Below are positions 39,293 through 49,679 of a stretch of 64,000 bases of DNA, one piece after another. How positions within the stretch are numbered: position 1 is the first letter of the stretch; each line of letters starts with the position of its first letter. The notes under the pieces are model-generated. The model did not search any database and was not told the origin of the DNA. It was given only the letters and a program-made list of their open reading frames with translations. This DNA is from Acidobacteriota bacterium. GTDB taxonomy: Bacteria; Acidobacteriota; UBA6911; RPQK01; JAJDTT01. Both the position numbers and the translations under genes were made by a program. The stretch is from positions 288,001 through 352,000 of the forward strand of contig OZ242374.1 in the NCBI GenBank assembly GCA_965209055.1, given 5' to 3'.

Positions 39293-41464
39293 ATGAGAAT
39301 ATCCCCCGTTCTTCCGGTCCTGGTGGCCTGTTTGCTGCCGCAGGCCGGCTGCGGGCCGTCGAGCGAGGCGGACCCGTCCGACTGGCCGGTCTACCTGGGG
39401 GACGCCGCGGCCTCCCACTTTTCCCCGTTGGATCAGATCAACCGGAACAACGTGCACCGGCTCCAGGTCGCCTGGACCTACAACACCGGGGACAAGTCCG
39501 AGTTCAGCCAGATCCAATGCAATCCCCTCGTCGTCGGGGGCCGCCTGTTCGCCACCTCGCCGCAGTTGAAGGCCTTCTGCCTGGATGCGGCCACAGGCCG
39601 GGAGATCTGGGTCTACGATCCGGTCGAGGAGGCGGGGCTCAGCACGCTGGGCGTGAATCGGGGCCTCGTCCACTGGGAACGCGGGTCCGGGGCGAGGATC
39701 TTCCATACCGCCGGAAATCTCCTCTTCGCCCTGGACGCCGCAACCGGGCTCCCGGTCCCCACCTTTGGGGACAATGGCCGAATCGACCTGAGGTTCGGCT
39801 TGGGCCTGGAAGACCCGGAAAAGTTCTGGGTCGTCTCCACCTCGCCGCCGGCCCTGTTCCGGGACATCCTCATTGTCGGCAGCCGGGTGGGGGAGGGTCC
39901 CGGAGCCGCCGCGCCCGGTCACATCCGTGGCATCGACGCCCGCACCGGCCGGATCCGGTGGACCTTCCACACGATTCCCAGGCCGGGCCAGGACGGATAC
40001 GAGACCTGGCCGCCGGACGCCTGGACCTACGCCGGCGGCGCCAACTCCTGGGCGGGGATGACGGTCGACGAGAAGCGCGGAATCGTCTTCGCCTCCACCG
40101 GATCGCCCTCCTTCGACTTCTGGGGCGGCGACCGGAAGGGAAAGAACCTCTACGGCGACTGCGTCCTGGCCATCGACGCCGTTACGGGCAAGCTCCGCTG
40201 GCACTACCAGACCCTGCACCACGACCTCTGGGACCGGGACCTGCCCGCTCCTCCCAACCTGGTCACACTGGAGCGGGAGGGCAAGAGGATCGATGCCGTC
40301 GCCCAGGTCACCAAGTTGGGAGTCGTCTTCGTTTTGGACCGGGACACCGGCGAACCTCTTTTTCCGGTGGAAGAGAGGCCGGTTCCCGCGTCGGATCTGG
40401 AAGGGGAGCAGGCGTGGCCCACGCAGCCGTTTCCCCTCAAGCCGCCCCCTTTCTCCCGCCTGTCCTTCACCGAGGCGGACGTTACGGACCTCTCCCCGCG
40501 CGCCCGCCAGGCCGTGCTGGAACGTTTTCGCCAGGTGCGCACGGGCCACATCTTCGAGCCCCCCAGCACGCAGGGGACGCTGGTCTTTCCCGGGTTCAAC
40601 GGCGGCGCCGAATGGGGCGGCGCGGCCTTCGACGCCTCCCGCGGCCGGTTGTACGTCAACTCCAGCGAGATCCCGTGGATTCTGACCATGATCCCGACCA
40701 AGGATCGCCAGCTTCCGGAGCCGTCGGTTGGATCCCGCGTCTACCAGGTCCACTGCGCCGGCTGCCATGGGGACCGCCGGCAAGGGAGTCCGCGCGGCAA
40801 CAGTCCACCCCTCCCCTTGGAGCAGGTCTATCCCCGAAAGGAGACCCGGGACCTGATACGGCTGGGAATCGGCCGGATGGATGCCATGCCCCAGCTCAAT
40901 GACTCGGAGCTGGATGCGGTGGTCGATTTTCTCGCCGGCGCCGATGCCGACAACGTCCCGCCCTGGGCCGTTACGGAAGGCGAGGTTCCCTACACTTTCT
41001 CCGGATACAATCATTTCCTGGATCCCGACGGATACCCGGCCATCAAGCCTCCGTGGGGCCAGTTGACGGCCATCGATCTCAACGCGGGGACCATTGCCTG
41101 GCAGGTGACGCTGGGCCTGTACGACGAACTGATGGAGCGTGGGATTCCACCCACTGGAACCGAGAATTTCGGCGGTCCCGTGGTCACCGCCGGCGGCCTG
41201 CTCTTCATCGGAGCCACCGCCGACGAGCGGTTCCGGGCGTTCGACACCGATAGTGGAGGGATCGTCTGGGAGGCCCGGCTTCCGGCAGGGGGCTACGCCA
41301 CTCCCGCCAGCTACGCGATTCGGGGCCGGCAGTACGTGGTCATTGCCGCCGGTGGAGGAAAAATGGGCACCCCGCCCGGAGATGCCTATGTGGCCTTCGC
41401 GCTGCCCGAGGCAACCGAAACCCGCAAGCGGGCTAGCGGCGGACCAGCCTCACGAAACCCTTGA
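39293..41464 (+). CDS. PQQ-dependent glucose/quinate-type dehydrogenase with inserted cytochrome c domain
   Basis: DWPVYLG, SPLDQIN, GGANSW, HHDLWDRD, PPWGQLTAIDL, GGPVVTAGG; internal CAGCH. Confidence 0.9.
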   Translation: MRISPVLPVLVACLLPQAGCGPSSEADPSDWPVYLGDAAASHFSPLDQINRNNVHRLQVAWTYNTGDKSEFSQIQCNPLVVGGRLFATSPQLKAFCLDAATGREIWVYDPVEEAGLSTLGVNRGLVHWERGSGARIFHTAGNLLFALDAATGLPVPTFGDNGRIDLRFGLGLEDPEKFWVVSTSPPALFRDILIVGSRVGEGPGAAAPGHIRGIDARTGRIRWTFHTIPRPGQDGYETWPPDAWTYAGGANSWAGMTVDEKRGIVFASTGSPSFDFWGGDRKGKNLYGDCVLAIDAVTGKLRWHYQTLHHDLWDRDLPAPPNLVTLEREGKRIDAVAQVTKLGVVFVLDRDTGEPLFPVEERPVPASDLEGEQAWPTQPFPLKPPPFSRLSFTEADVTDLSPRARQAVLERFRQVRTGHIFEPPSTQGTLVFPGFNGGAEWGGAAFDASRGRLYVNSSEIPWILTMIPTKDRQLPEPSVGSRVYQVHCAGCHGDRRQGSPRGNSPPLPLEQVYPRKETRDLIRLGIGRMDAMPQLNDSELDAVVDFLAGADADNVPPWAVTEGEVPYTFSGYNHFLDPDGYPAIKPPWGQLTAIDLNAGTIAWQVTLGLYDELMERGIPPTGTENFGGPVVTAGGLLFIGATADERFRAFDTDSGGIVWEARLPAGGYATPASYAIRGRQYVVIAAGGGKMGTPPGDAYVAFALPEATETRKRASGGPASRNP

Positions 41465-42197
41465 AGCCTTGTCCCTTGAGTTTTCTCAGGCGCTTGTCCG
41501 CCGCCTCTTTCGTTCCGCCCGCAACGACGACCCGGTAGAGTCTCGAACTCCCACGCCGAAACGGCCTCACCTCGACGCGGTGCCCCTTCTGCTTGGCGGC
41601 CCAGGCCAGAGTCTTCGCGTTCGCTTCAATCTTGAAGACTCCGATCTGAATTTCGTACGCACCCCTCGCCGGCGCGGGTCTCGACTCGGCGGTGCGGCTA
41701 CTCCGTTTCGGGCGTTTTCGCTTTCCATCGGGACCGTCGATGACGGTGAGGCGGACTCGAACCGTGCCCGCTCCGATCATCTGGATCTCCGACGCGGCGG
41801 CTCTGGAAAGATCGATGATGTACCGGGCGGTAAACGGCCCCCGGTCGTTGATCCGGACCTGTGTGGACCTTCCGTTCCGGAGATTCCGGACGTTGACCCA
41901 GGTGCCGAACGGCAGCCGCGTATGGGCGGCGGTCATCTTGTTCATGTCGTAGGTCTCGCCGTTGCTGGTCTGGCGCCCGTGGTAGGGATGCCCGTACCAA
42001 CTGGCGATGCCGACCTCGGACCACCCTCTCTTGGCTTCCACGGGCGGCGGGAGCTTGATTTTCTTGCGCCCGCCGCACCCACTGAGGGCGACAACGGCCG
42101 CCAGCAGAGCGCAGAGCCGGACGCCCGGAATCGCCGGATTCCGTCGGAGAGTTCCGGGTGGTGGCGAGGTTCGGCCCGGTGCGTGCTGTGTTACCAT
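41433..42197 (-). CDS. rlpA: Septal ring lytic transglycosylase RlpA (DPBB + SPOR)
   Basis: Lipobox LSGC; GIASWYG, TAAHTRLPFGT, VRINDRGPF, IIDLS; C-terminal SPOR domain. The start is uncertain. Confidence 0.9.
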   Translation of the reverse strand: MVTQHAPGRTSPPPGTLRRNPAIPGVRLCALLAAVVALSGCGGRKKIKLPPPVEAKRGWSEVGIASWYGHPYHGRQTSNGETYDMNKMTAAHTRLPFGTWVNVRNLRNGRSTQVRINDRGPFTARYIIDLSRAAASEIQMIGAGTVRVRLTVIDGPDGKRKRPKRSSRTAESRPAPARGAYEIQIGVFKIEANAKTLAWAAKQKGHRVEVRPFRRGSSRLYRVVVAGGTKEAADKRLRKLKGQGFKGFVRLVRR

Positions 42198-42422
42198 TCT
42201 TTTCTTCGTGCTGGAGCAGATGCCGCTGGTCGATGACCTCAATGGATGTTGGGGGTCGGAAATCGCCGGATCGACGATTTGCCCGCCTCGCAACCTGCCG
42301 GTGACTCGGTCCGCCGGAACCACTCCAGTTCCGGAACCGGTGAGACACATGCTGAATTCGAGAGAAATCTACTGGACGACCCCGACGTTCCGGGCCCCTC
42401 TTCCGGTCGCCAGGGTCCCAAG

Positions 42423-43580
42423 ATGAACCGGGTGAGCAAGGACCTGGAAATCACGCTCGGGATCGAGGAGGAATTTTTTCTCGTCGACCCCGAGACCCGA
42501 GACCTGGTTGCCGATCCCGATCCGGCCATCTACGACGCCTGCGAGCGGAATCGAGGGCCGCACAAGGTGGTGACCGAGTTCCTCCGCTCCCAGATCGAGA
42601 CCAACACCCGGGTCTGCGCTTCCGTCGCAGAAGTCCGTGAGGCGTTGGTGGAGACCCGGCGCCTGGTGATCGAGGCCGCGTCGCAGCACGGCGCGGCGGT
42701 GCTGGCCGCGTCCACCCACCCCTTCGCGTCGTGGACGGCTCAGATGCCCACGCCCAAGAAAAGGTACGAGCGATTCGAGGTCACCTTCCAGGAGGCCGTG
42801 CGGCGGCTGCTCATCGGCGGCATGCACATCCACGCCGGCTTCGGCGATCCGGAGGAGCGGATCTGCGTCATGACCGCAATTCGCCAGTACCTGCCCCTGC
42901 TCCATGCGCTGTCCACGTCGTCCCCGTTCAACGCGGGACACCTCACTGGTTTCAAGTCGTATCGGCTCAGTCTGTTCGGTGTGCTCCCACGCACCAGCCT
43001 GCCCGCCCCCCTGTATTCCCGGGAGGAATACGACCGGCTCGTGGAGGACTACAAGCGCCTACAGTTCATCGAGGGCGCCAATGAGCTGTGGTGGGACATC
43101 CGGCCCGCCGACCTCCATCCCACGGTGGAGATGCGCATCTGCGACGTCTGTCCGCTCATCGACGATGCGGTCGGAATCGCGGCGCTCTACGCGTCGTTGA
43201 TCCGGTGGCTGCTGCGGCAGCATCGAGCCGGCGCCCTGCCCGCGGAGCCCCGCACCGAAATCATCGCCGAGAACCGCTGGCTGGCGCAGCGCTATGGAGC
43301 CTTCGCGTTCCTCGGGGACACTCGCCACGGCGGTCGCATGGACATCAACGACTATGCCCTGGGGTTGCTGGAGGAACTGGACGGCGACGCCGGCGCCCTC
43401 GGCTGCCGGGAGGAGTTGAGCCGCGTGTCCTCCATCATCCGGGAAGGCAGCGGCGCCGACCGGCAACTCGACCACTATCGCCTGGCTCGTCTGGAGGGGG
43501 CCACCAAGATGGAAGCCTTGGGTTCGGTGGTCGATCTGGTGATCGCCGAAACCCGCCACGGCGTCGACGCGGCCATTTGA
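42423..43580 (+). CDS. ybdK: Carboxylate-amine ligase (glutamate-cysteine ligase family 2)
   Basis: TLGIEEEFFLVD, GMHIHAG, ALSTSSPF, WWDIRP, TVEMRICD, ENRWLAQRYG. Confidence 0.9.
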   Translation: MNRVSKDLEITLGIEEEFFLVDPETRDLVADPDPAIYDACERNRGPHKVVTEFLRSQIETNTRVCASVAEVREALVETRRLVIEAASQHGAAVLAASTHPFASWTAQMPTPKKRYERFEVTFQEAVRRLLIGGMHIHAGFGDPEERICVMTAIRQYLPLLHALSTSSPFNAGHLTGFKSYRLSLFGVLPRTSLPAPLYSREEYDRLVEDYKRLQFIEGANELWWDIRPADLHPTVEMRICDVCPLIDDAVGIAALYASLIRWLLRQHRAGALPAEPRTEIIAENRWLAQRYGAFAFLGDTRHGGRMDINDYALGLLEELDGDAGALGCREELSRVSSIIREGSGADRQLDHYRLARLEGATKMEALGSVVDLVIAETRHGVDAAI

Positions 43581-43612
43581 GGGCGTCTGCCGGCCAGGGT
43601 CCGCCGAGCGCG

Positions 43613-44371
43613 TCAGCCGCGGCCGACGAGGGGCATCTTGGTCGCCATCACGGTCATGAACTGGACGTTGGCCTCCAGCGGCAGATCGGCCATGTAGACC
43701 ACCGCGTTGGCGATGTCCTCCACGTCCATGTAGGGCTCGACCATGACCGTCCCGTGCGCCTGCGGGAGTCCCTTCTCCGCCCTGCGGGTCATTTTCGTCA
43801 GCGCGTTTCCGATGTCGATCTGGCCGCAGGCGATGTTGTATTTTCGGCCGTCCAGGGAAGTGGACCGGGTCAGGCCGGTGATGGCGTGCTTGGTGGAGGT
43901 GTAGGGCGCCGAATTGACGCGGGGCACCTGGGCCGAGACCGAACCGTTGTTGATGATCCGCCCGCCCATGGGGTCCTGGCTCTTCATCATGCGGAACGCT
44001 TCCCGGGTGCAGAGGAAGGAGCCGGTCAGGTTGACATCGACCACGGCCTGCCACTGCTCGTAGGTCAGATCCTCCAGCAAGACCGCGGGAGCGGGAATCC
44101 CGGCGTTGTTGAAGAGCAGATCGAGCCGGCCGAAGGTTTCCCGGGTTTGCGAAAAGAGGTTCGAGACCGCTTCCGGGTCGCCGACGTCGGTGGAGACCGC
44201 CAGGGTTCGCGAGCCGCCGGTTTCCGCCAGGCGGACCGTTTCTTCCAAGGCGTCGAGCCGCCTTCCCGCCAGGACCACACTGTATCCGATACGCAGCAGA
44301 GCCCAGGTGGAGTGCCGGCCGATTCCCGATCCGGCGCCCGTGACGACGGCGATCTTTCCTTCGTTCTTCAT
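43613..44371 (-). CDS. SDR-family oxidoreductase
   Basis: [20 protein letters not shown]. Confidence 0.93.
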   Translation of the reverse strand: MKNEGKIAVVTGAGSGIGRHSTWALLRIGYSVVLAGRRLDALEETVRLAETGGSRTLAVSTDVGDPEAVSNLFSQTRETFGRLDLLFNNAGIPAPAVLLEDLTYEQWQAVVDVNLTGSFLCTREAFRMMKSQDPMGGRIINNGSVSAQVPRVNSAPYTSTKHAITGLTRSTSLDGRKYNIACGQIDIGNALTKMTRRAEKGLPQAHGTVMVEPYMDVEDIANAVVYMADLPLEANVQFMTVMATKMPLVGRG

Positions 44372-44453
44372 GGTCTGAGTCCTTTTTGTCTGGGAAAGTT
44401 TCCTTGTCCGTCCGGGTGGCCAAGGCCGTCCGCCCGCCCCCGGTGATCGCGAA

Positions 44454-45326
44454 TCAACCCCAACGTTCGGGCGAGATGCCGGTGGCTTCCCTCGCCATGT
44501 TGTCCGGGCGGTTCGGCAGATCGAATTCGATGTTCCGCGTGTTGAGGCTCCCGAAATACTTGCGGACGGCCGGAGGGAGACCGGCCACCTTTTCCGGATC
44601 GCGCTCCGGAACGTCGTCGATGGGCCCCGCCCAAGTGGGGCGGTAGGCGATGGCCAGCATGCGGCGAACCCGGTCGCTGTAGTTGGGAAAGTTGGCGTGA
44701 AACACTTTCTGGTTGATGACCACCGCCGAGCCGGCGCGGCAGGTCACCATCACCTCGGCACTGTGGGACAGGTAGCGGTTGTAGGGGTTGGCGTCGCGAT
44801 GCAGCGACAAATGAGAGCGTGGGATCACCTTGAATGGGGAACACTCCGGTGTCAGGTCGTCCAGGTAGTAGAGGACGCGGACCAGGCAGGGCGAGCTGGC
44901 CTGGACCCCGAATATCTTGGAGCCGTAAGGCTGGGAATCGGTATGAATGGCGATTCCCGGGTGGCCGGGCCTGGACTCGGCATATTGGCAGGAGGTGCAG
45001 ATCAACTCGTCTCCGAAGAGCTCTCTGACGAACTCCACCGTGGCCGGCAGGCCGATCACCGAGGTGGCCCGGGGCGAGTCGGTCCACTGGAGATCGGGGC
45101 AACCCCGCTGATGGGGGCTGTAATCGACTGCCGTGGTGGGCACCCTGGAGGTTTCCTCCCGGATCTCCTCCATCATTTCCTTGCTCAGCAGATCCGGAAT
45201 GACGACGAAACCCTCCAACTCGATGGACCGAAACTGTTCGGCCCGGGTCAACCCGTACCAATGGCTTTCCGGGATCCGGTTCGCCCGCTCCAGACTTTCT
45301 CGACTGTTGGTGAATGAAGTGTCCAT
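44454..45326 (-). CDS. Phytanoyl-CoA dioxygenase (PhyH) family Fe(II)/2OG enzyme, copy 3
   Basis: [13 protein letters not shown] triad, VIPRSH, FHAN. Confidence 0.85.
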   Translation of the reverse strand: MDTSFTNSRESLERANRIPESHWYGLTRAEQFRSIELEGFVVIPDLLSKEMMEEIREETSRVPTTAVDYSPHQRGCPDLQWTDSPRATSVIGLPATVEFVRELFGDELICTSCQYAESRPGHPGIAIHTDSQPYGSKIFGVQASSPCLVRVLYYLDDLTPECSPFKVIPRSHLSLHRDANPYNRYLSHSAEVMVTCRAGSAVVINQKVFHANFPNYSDRVRRMLAIAYRPTWAGPIDDVPERDPEKVAGLPPAVRKYFGSLNTRNIEFDLPNRPDNMAREATGISPERWG

Positions 45327-45395
45327 TTCTCTAACTATCCTCTCTTCGTTCTTCCCGGCCTGATTCTATAGCTGTCGGGGCAAGTCCGGTACATT

Positions 45396-46310
45396 TCACG
45401 CGAAAAACCGCGGCGTCCCGCGCCCAAAGCCCTGGTCGGCCCCCCAGCGCCGGGGCGAAATGCCCGGGGCAGCTCTGGCCATGTTGTCCGGACGGTTCGG
45501 AAAATCGAACCTGATCTTCCTGGTGTTGAGGCTCCTGAAGTATTTGCGGACGGCCGCGGGGAGGCCGGACACCTTGTCCGGGTCGCGTTCGGGAACCTCG
45601 TCGATGGGACCCGCCCAAGCGGGGCGGTAGGCGATGGCCAGCATGCGGCGGATCCGGTCGCTGTGGTTGGGGAAATTGCCGTGAAACACCTTCTGGTTGA
45701 TGATCACCGCCGAGCCGGCGCGGCAGGTCACCATCAGCTCATCGCCGTGGGAAAGGTAGCGGTTGTAGGGGTTGGCGTCGCTGTGCAGCGACACGTGGGA
45801 GCGCGGAATCACCTTGAAGGGGGAGCACTCCGGAGTCAGGTCGTCCAGGTAGTAGAGGACGCGGACCAGGCAGGGCGAACTGGTGAGGACTCCGGACGAC
45901 TGGTTCCCGTAGGGCTGGGCATCGGTGTGAATGGAGATTCCCGGGTGGCCCGGCCTGGATTCGGCGTAAGTGCACGAGGTGCAGATCAGGTCGTCGCCCA
46001 AGAGCTCTTCCAGGAGTTCGACCGCGGCCGGCAGCGCGACGACCGAGGTGGCGTGTGGCGAGCCGGTCCATTGCACATCGGGAAAGTACCGTTGATGCTC
46101 GCTGTAGTCGACCGCCGTCGTGGGGAGCCTGGAAGTCTCCTCGCGGATCTCCTCCACCAGTTCCTTGCTCAGCAGATCAGGAATGACGACGAAACCCTCC
46201 AGCTCGATGGAACGAAACTGCCGGGCCCGGGTCAGACCGGTCCAATGGCTCTCCGGGACGCGGTTCGCCCGTTCCAGGCTTTCCCGGCTGTTGGTGAAAG
46301 AGGTGTCCAT
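45396..46310 (-). CDS. PhyH-family dioxygenase, copy 2
   Basis: Same [16 protein letters not shown] start; HTD, FHGN; short C-terminal extension. Confidence 0.85.
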   Translation of the reverse strand: MDTSFTNSRESLERANRVPESHWTGLTRARQFRSIELEGFVVIPDLLSKELVEEIREETSRLPTTAVDYSEHQRYFPDVQWTGSPHATSVVALPAAVELLEELLGDDLICTSCTYAESRPGHPGISIHTDAQPYGNQSSGVLTSSPCLVRVLYYLDDLTPECSPFKVIPRSHVSLHSDANPYNRYLSHGDELMVTCRAGSAVIINQKVFHGNFPNHSDRIRRMLAIAYRPAWAGPIDEVPERDPDKVSGLPAAVRKYFRSLNTRKIRFDFPNRPDNMARAAPGISPRRWGADQGFGRGTPRFFA

Positions 46311-46333
46311 TGCTCTACGAGTCCTGACTCGGA

Positions 46334-47206
46334 TCAGCTCCAGCGGTCGGTCGAAATGCCCGCGGCATGCCTCGCCATGTTGTCCGGACGGTTCGGCAGA
46401 TCGAACATGATTTTCCTCGTGTTGAGGCTCCTGAAGTATTTTCGGACGGCCGGAGGAAGGCCGGCCACCTTCTCCGGGTCCCGCTCCGGAACGTCGCCTG
46501 TCGGACCCGCCCAAGCGGGCCGGTAGGCAATGGCCAGCATGCGGCGGACCCGGTCGCTGTAGTTGGGGAAATTGCCGTGAAACACTCTCTGGTTGATGAT
46601 CACCGCCGAGCCGGCGCGGCAGGTCACCATCAACTCATCGTCGTGGGAGAGGTATTTGGTGTACGGGTTGGCGTCGCTGTGCAGCGACAGGTGGGAGCGT
46701 GGAATCACCTTGAAAGGGGAACGCTCCGGAGTCAGATCGTCCAGGTAGTAGAGGACGCGGACCAGGCAGGGCGAGCTGGACTGGACTCCGAAGATCTGGG
46801 ACCCGTAGGGCTGGGCGTCGGTGTGAATGGCGATTCCCGGATGGCCCGGCCCGGACTCGACGTACGAGCAGGAAGTGCAGATCAGCTCGTCGCCCAAGAG
46901 TTCTTCCAGGAACTCCACCGTGGCCGGCAGGGCAATCACCGAGGTGGCGTGGGGCGAGCCGGTCCACTGCACATCGGAAATGTATCGCTGGTGCTCGCTG
47001 TAGTCGACCGATGTGGTGGGAAGCTTGGAGGTCTCCTCGCGGATCTTCTCCATGAGTTCCTCGTCCAGCAGACTCGGAATCACGACGAAACCCTCCAACT
47101 CGAGGGAACGAAACTGCCGGGCCCGGGTCAGACTGGTCCAATGGCTCTCCGGGACGCGGTTCGCCCGCTCCAGGCTTTCCCGGCTGTTGGTGAACGAAGT
47201 GTCCAT
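46334..47206 (-). CDS. PhyH-family dioxygenase, copy 1
   Basis: Same [16 protein letters not shown] start; HTD, FHGN. Confidence 0.85.
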   Translation of the reverse strand: MDTSFTNSRESLERANRVPESHWTSLTRARQFRSLELEGFVVIPSLLDEELMEKIREETSKLPTTSVDYSEHQRYISDVQWTGSPHATSVIALPATVEFLEELLGDELICTSCSYVESGPGHPGIAIHTDAQPYGSQIFGVQSSSPCLVRVLYYLDDLTPERSPFKVIPRSHLSLHSDANPYTKYLSHDDELMVTCRAGSAVIINQRVFHGNFPNYSDRVRRMLAIAYRPAWAGPTGDVPERDPEKVAGLPPAVRKYFRSLNTRKIMFDLPNRPDNMARHAAGISTDRWS

Positions 47207-47407
47207 TGGACCCGCAGTTCCCGCCCGCCCGACATCCGGCGGTTCAAGGATCATTGCTCCGATCCGCGAACGCCTCCACGACGTTGGCGGCCTCCATTTT
47301 GCCAACGGGAAGCCGCGCCTGGCAATCTCCCCGCCGATACTCGCCGGATCCGCGGCTGACAGCAGGGACCCCATCCTTTACAATCCGCCGCTGGAGAAAG
47401 TGCCGCC

Positions 47408-48463
47408 GTGCCCCTAGTCCAAGCCGAAACCTTGCGCCGGATCGGCCACCAGTTGTTCGAGGCCGCCGGATGCGATCCCGAAGACGCCCGGGTCGTCACC
47501 CATCACCTGGTGGAGTCGAACCTCTTCGGCCACGACTCCCACGGGGTCATCCGCTACCCGGAATACATGGACGCCATCCGGACGGGGCGTTTCCAGGCCA
47601 AGGCCCAACCCAGGGTGGTGCGGGACCATCCCTCCTGCGCGGTGGTGGACGCCGCCGGCGCGCTGGGTCAGGTGGGCGCCGCCTTCGCCACCCGCCTGGC
47701 CATGGACAAGGCTTCCCGCCAGGGAGTGGCCGCGGTGGCGCTGCGGAACACGAGCCACGTGGGCCGGGTCGGGGCCTACCCGCTGATGGTGGGACGGGCC
47801 GGAATGATCGGCCAGGCCTTTGTCAACGGGGGCCGCTTCGGGAATCAGATCGCTCCCTTCGGTGGCATCGACGCGCGTCTCACCACCGATCCTCTGGCCT
47901 TCGCGGCGCCCCGGCGGGACGCGGAGCCCATCTTCCTGGACATGACCACGTCGGTGGCCGCCGAGGGCAAGGTGCGGGTCGCTTCCTACGCCGGAAAACA
48001 GGTGCCGGAAGGATGGCTCATCGATCACCATGGGCGCCCGACCACCGATCCCGACAGTTTTAGCGCCACGCCGAAAGGCGCCATTCTGCCCCTGGGAGGA
48101 ATCGCCTCTCACAAGGGCTACGGCATGAGCCTCATGGTGGAGCTTCTGGCCGGGACCTTGAGCGGCCAGGGCTGTTGTGTCGGAGAGTCGGAGATGGTCA
48201 GCAACGGCATGCTCCTGGCGGTCCACCGGATCGACCACTTCATCGACCCGGAGGACTACTACCAGGAGGTGGAGGCGCTGATCCGGTACGTGCGGTCGAG
48301 TCCTCCCGCGCCCGGCTTCAAGGAGATCCTGCTTCCGGGGGAGCCCGAGCTCCGGTCGGCCCGCCGAAGAGAAGCGGATGGAATCGACCTCGACGACAAG
48401 ACCTGGTCCCTCATCGGCGCGGACCTGGAACGCTTCGGCTTGCCCGTTCCGCCGGCCGGCTAG
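47408..48463 (+). CDS. Ldh_2-family (type 2 malate/L-lactate/sulfolactate) oxidoreductase, copy 1
   Basis: GHDSHG, HVGRVG, LDMTTS, EGK, HKGYG, LPGEPE. Confidence 0.9.
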   Translation: MPLVQAETLRRIGHQLFEAAGCDPEDARVVTHHLVESNLFGHDSHGVIRYPEYMDAIRTGRFQAKAQPRVVRDHPSCAVVDAAGALGQVGAAFATRLAMDKASRQGVAAVALRNTSHVGRVGAYPLMVGRAGMIGQAFVNGGRFGNQIAPFGGIDARLTTDPLAFAAPRRDAEPIFLDMTTSVAAEGKVRVASYAGKQVPEGWLIDHHGRPTTDPDSFSATPKGAILPLGGIASHKGYGMSLMVELLAGTLSGQGCCVGESEMVSNGMLLAVHRIDHFIDPEDYYQEVEALIRYVRSSPPAPGFKEILLPGEPELRSARRREADGIDLDDKTWSLIGADLERFGLPVPPAG

Positions 48464-48490
48464 CACTCGTCTCAGGAAAGGAATGCCCCT

Positions 48491-49534
48491 TTGCCCAGAT
48501 TTTCCCCACAGGCTCTGAGGGAACTCGGCTATCGGCTCTTCCAGGCCGCGGGTTGCCGTTCGGAGGATGCCCGGGCCGTGGTGGACCACCTGGTGGAGTC
48601 GAGCCTCTTCGGCCACGATTCCCATGGAGCCATCCGGTTCTACGAGTACGCCCAAGGGATTCGCGACGGACGCTTCAATCCCGGCGCCCGGCCCAAGGTG
48701 GTCCGGGAGCGCCCCTGCTCGGCGGTGGTGGACGGAGGAGGCGCCCTGGGACAGGTGGGCGCCGCCTTCGCGACTCGCATCGCCATGGACAAGGCTCGGG
48801 ACCATGGCATGGCGACGGTCACGCTGCGCAACACCTGTCACATCGGCCGGGTGGGCACCTATCCGTTGATGGCCGCCCGGGCCGGCTTCATGGCCCAGCT
48901 CTTCGCCAACGCCGGCCACCTGGGGGCTCAGGTGATTCCCTTCGGGGGCCGGGAAGGGCGGCTGTCCACCAATCCAATGGCCTTCGCCGCTCCCCGCCGC
49001 GGCCACGAACCGCTGCTGTTGGACATGACCACCTCGGTGGTGGCCGAAGGGAAGGTCCGCGTGGCCATCAACCGCGGCGAGTCCATCCCCGAGGGTTGGG
49101 CCGTAGACGCCCAGGGCCGTTCCACCACCGATCCGAGGCAGGTCAAATCCGATCCGCCCGGGGCGCTCCTTCCGCTGGGTGGGGTGGTGGCTCACAAGGG
49201 CTACGGCCTGTCCATGATGGTGGAAATCATGGGAGGAGCCGTGGGCGGGGAGGGCTGCGCGGCCGGCGCCCCCAAGTTCGTCAGCAACGGAGTGCTCCTG
49301 ACCGTCTACCACATCGAGCACTTCACCGGCCTGGAGACCTACTACGACGAACTGGACGCCATGATCGCCCACGTTCGGACCAGCCGCCTGGCTCCCGGGT
49401 TCCAGGAGATCCTGCTTCCCGGCGAGCCCGAATTCCGGAGCGCCCGGAGGCGGGAGGCGGAAGGCATCGAGGTGGATGACGAGACCTGGGGTCAGATCCG
49501 CCAGCAGATGGAGTATTTCGGGGTCGGAGAGTAG
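48491..49534 (+). CDS. Ldh_2-family oxidoreductase, copy 2
   Basis: Same motifs as copy 1; TTG start after AGGAAAGGA. Confidence 0.9.
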   Translation: MPRFSPQALRELGYRLFQAAGCRSEDARAVVDHLVESSLFGHDSHGAIRFYEYAQGIRDGRFNPGARPKVVRERPCSAVVDGGGALGQVGAAFATRIAMDKARDHGMATVTLRNTCHIGRVGTYPLMAARAGFMAQLFANAGHLGAQVIPFGGREGRLSTNPMAFAAPRRGHEPLLLDMTTSVVAEGKVRVAINRGESIPEGWAVDAQGRSTTDPRQVKSDPPGALLPLGGVVAHKGYGLSMMVEIMGGAVGGEGCAAGAPKFVSNGVLLTVYHIEHFTGLETYYDELDAMIAHVRTSRLAPGFQEILLPGEPEFRSARRREAEGIEVDDETWGQIRQQMEYFGVGE

Positions 49535-49539
49535 GAGGG

Positions 49540-49554
49540 GGGACTGTTAGTCCC
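49540..49554 (+). repeat. Left att core GGGACTGTTAGTCCC
   Basis: Identical to 61284-61298; self-complementary (GGGACT-GTT-AGTCCC); begins 6 nt after the Ldh_2 stop. Confidence 0.88.
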
Positions 49555-49658
49555 AACTGTCCCACAGTCAACGACTACCGAACGTTAACGTTTTCAATAT
49601 GTTACCGGGTTCTTCGCTGGACCGGTGAGGTGGTTGACTCCCTTTGTTTGACATGCTG

Positions 49659-49679
49659 AACAGGCAACAAACAGGCAGC
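49659..49679 (+). repeat. Candidate integrase arm-type sites (left)
   Basis: AACAGGCAAC-AAACAGGCAGC tandem; the 15-mer GGCAACAAACAGGCA (49663-49677) recurs at 61175-61189. Confidence 0.65.

Noticed and set aside
44454-47206. PhyH repeats as a diversity-generating retroelement or cassette-switching system
   Set aside because: No reverse transcriptase or invertase is nearby, differences are not obviously adenine-specific, and all copies are full-length genes.
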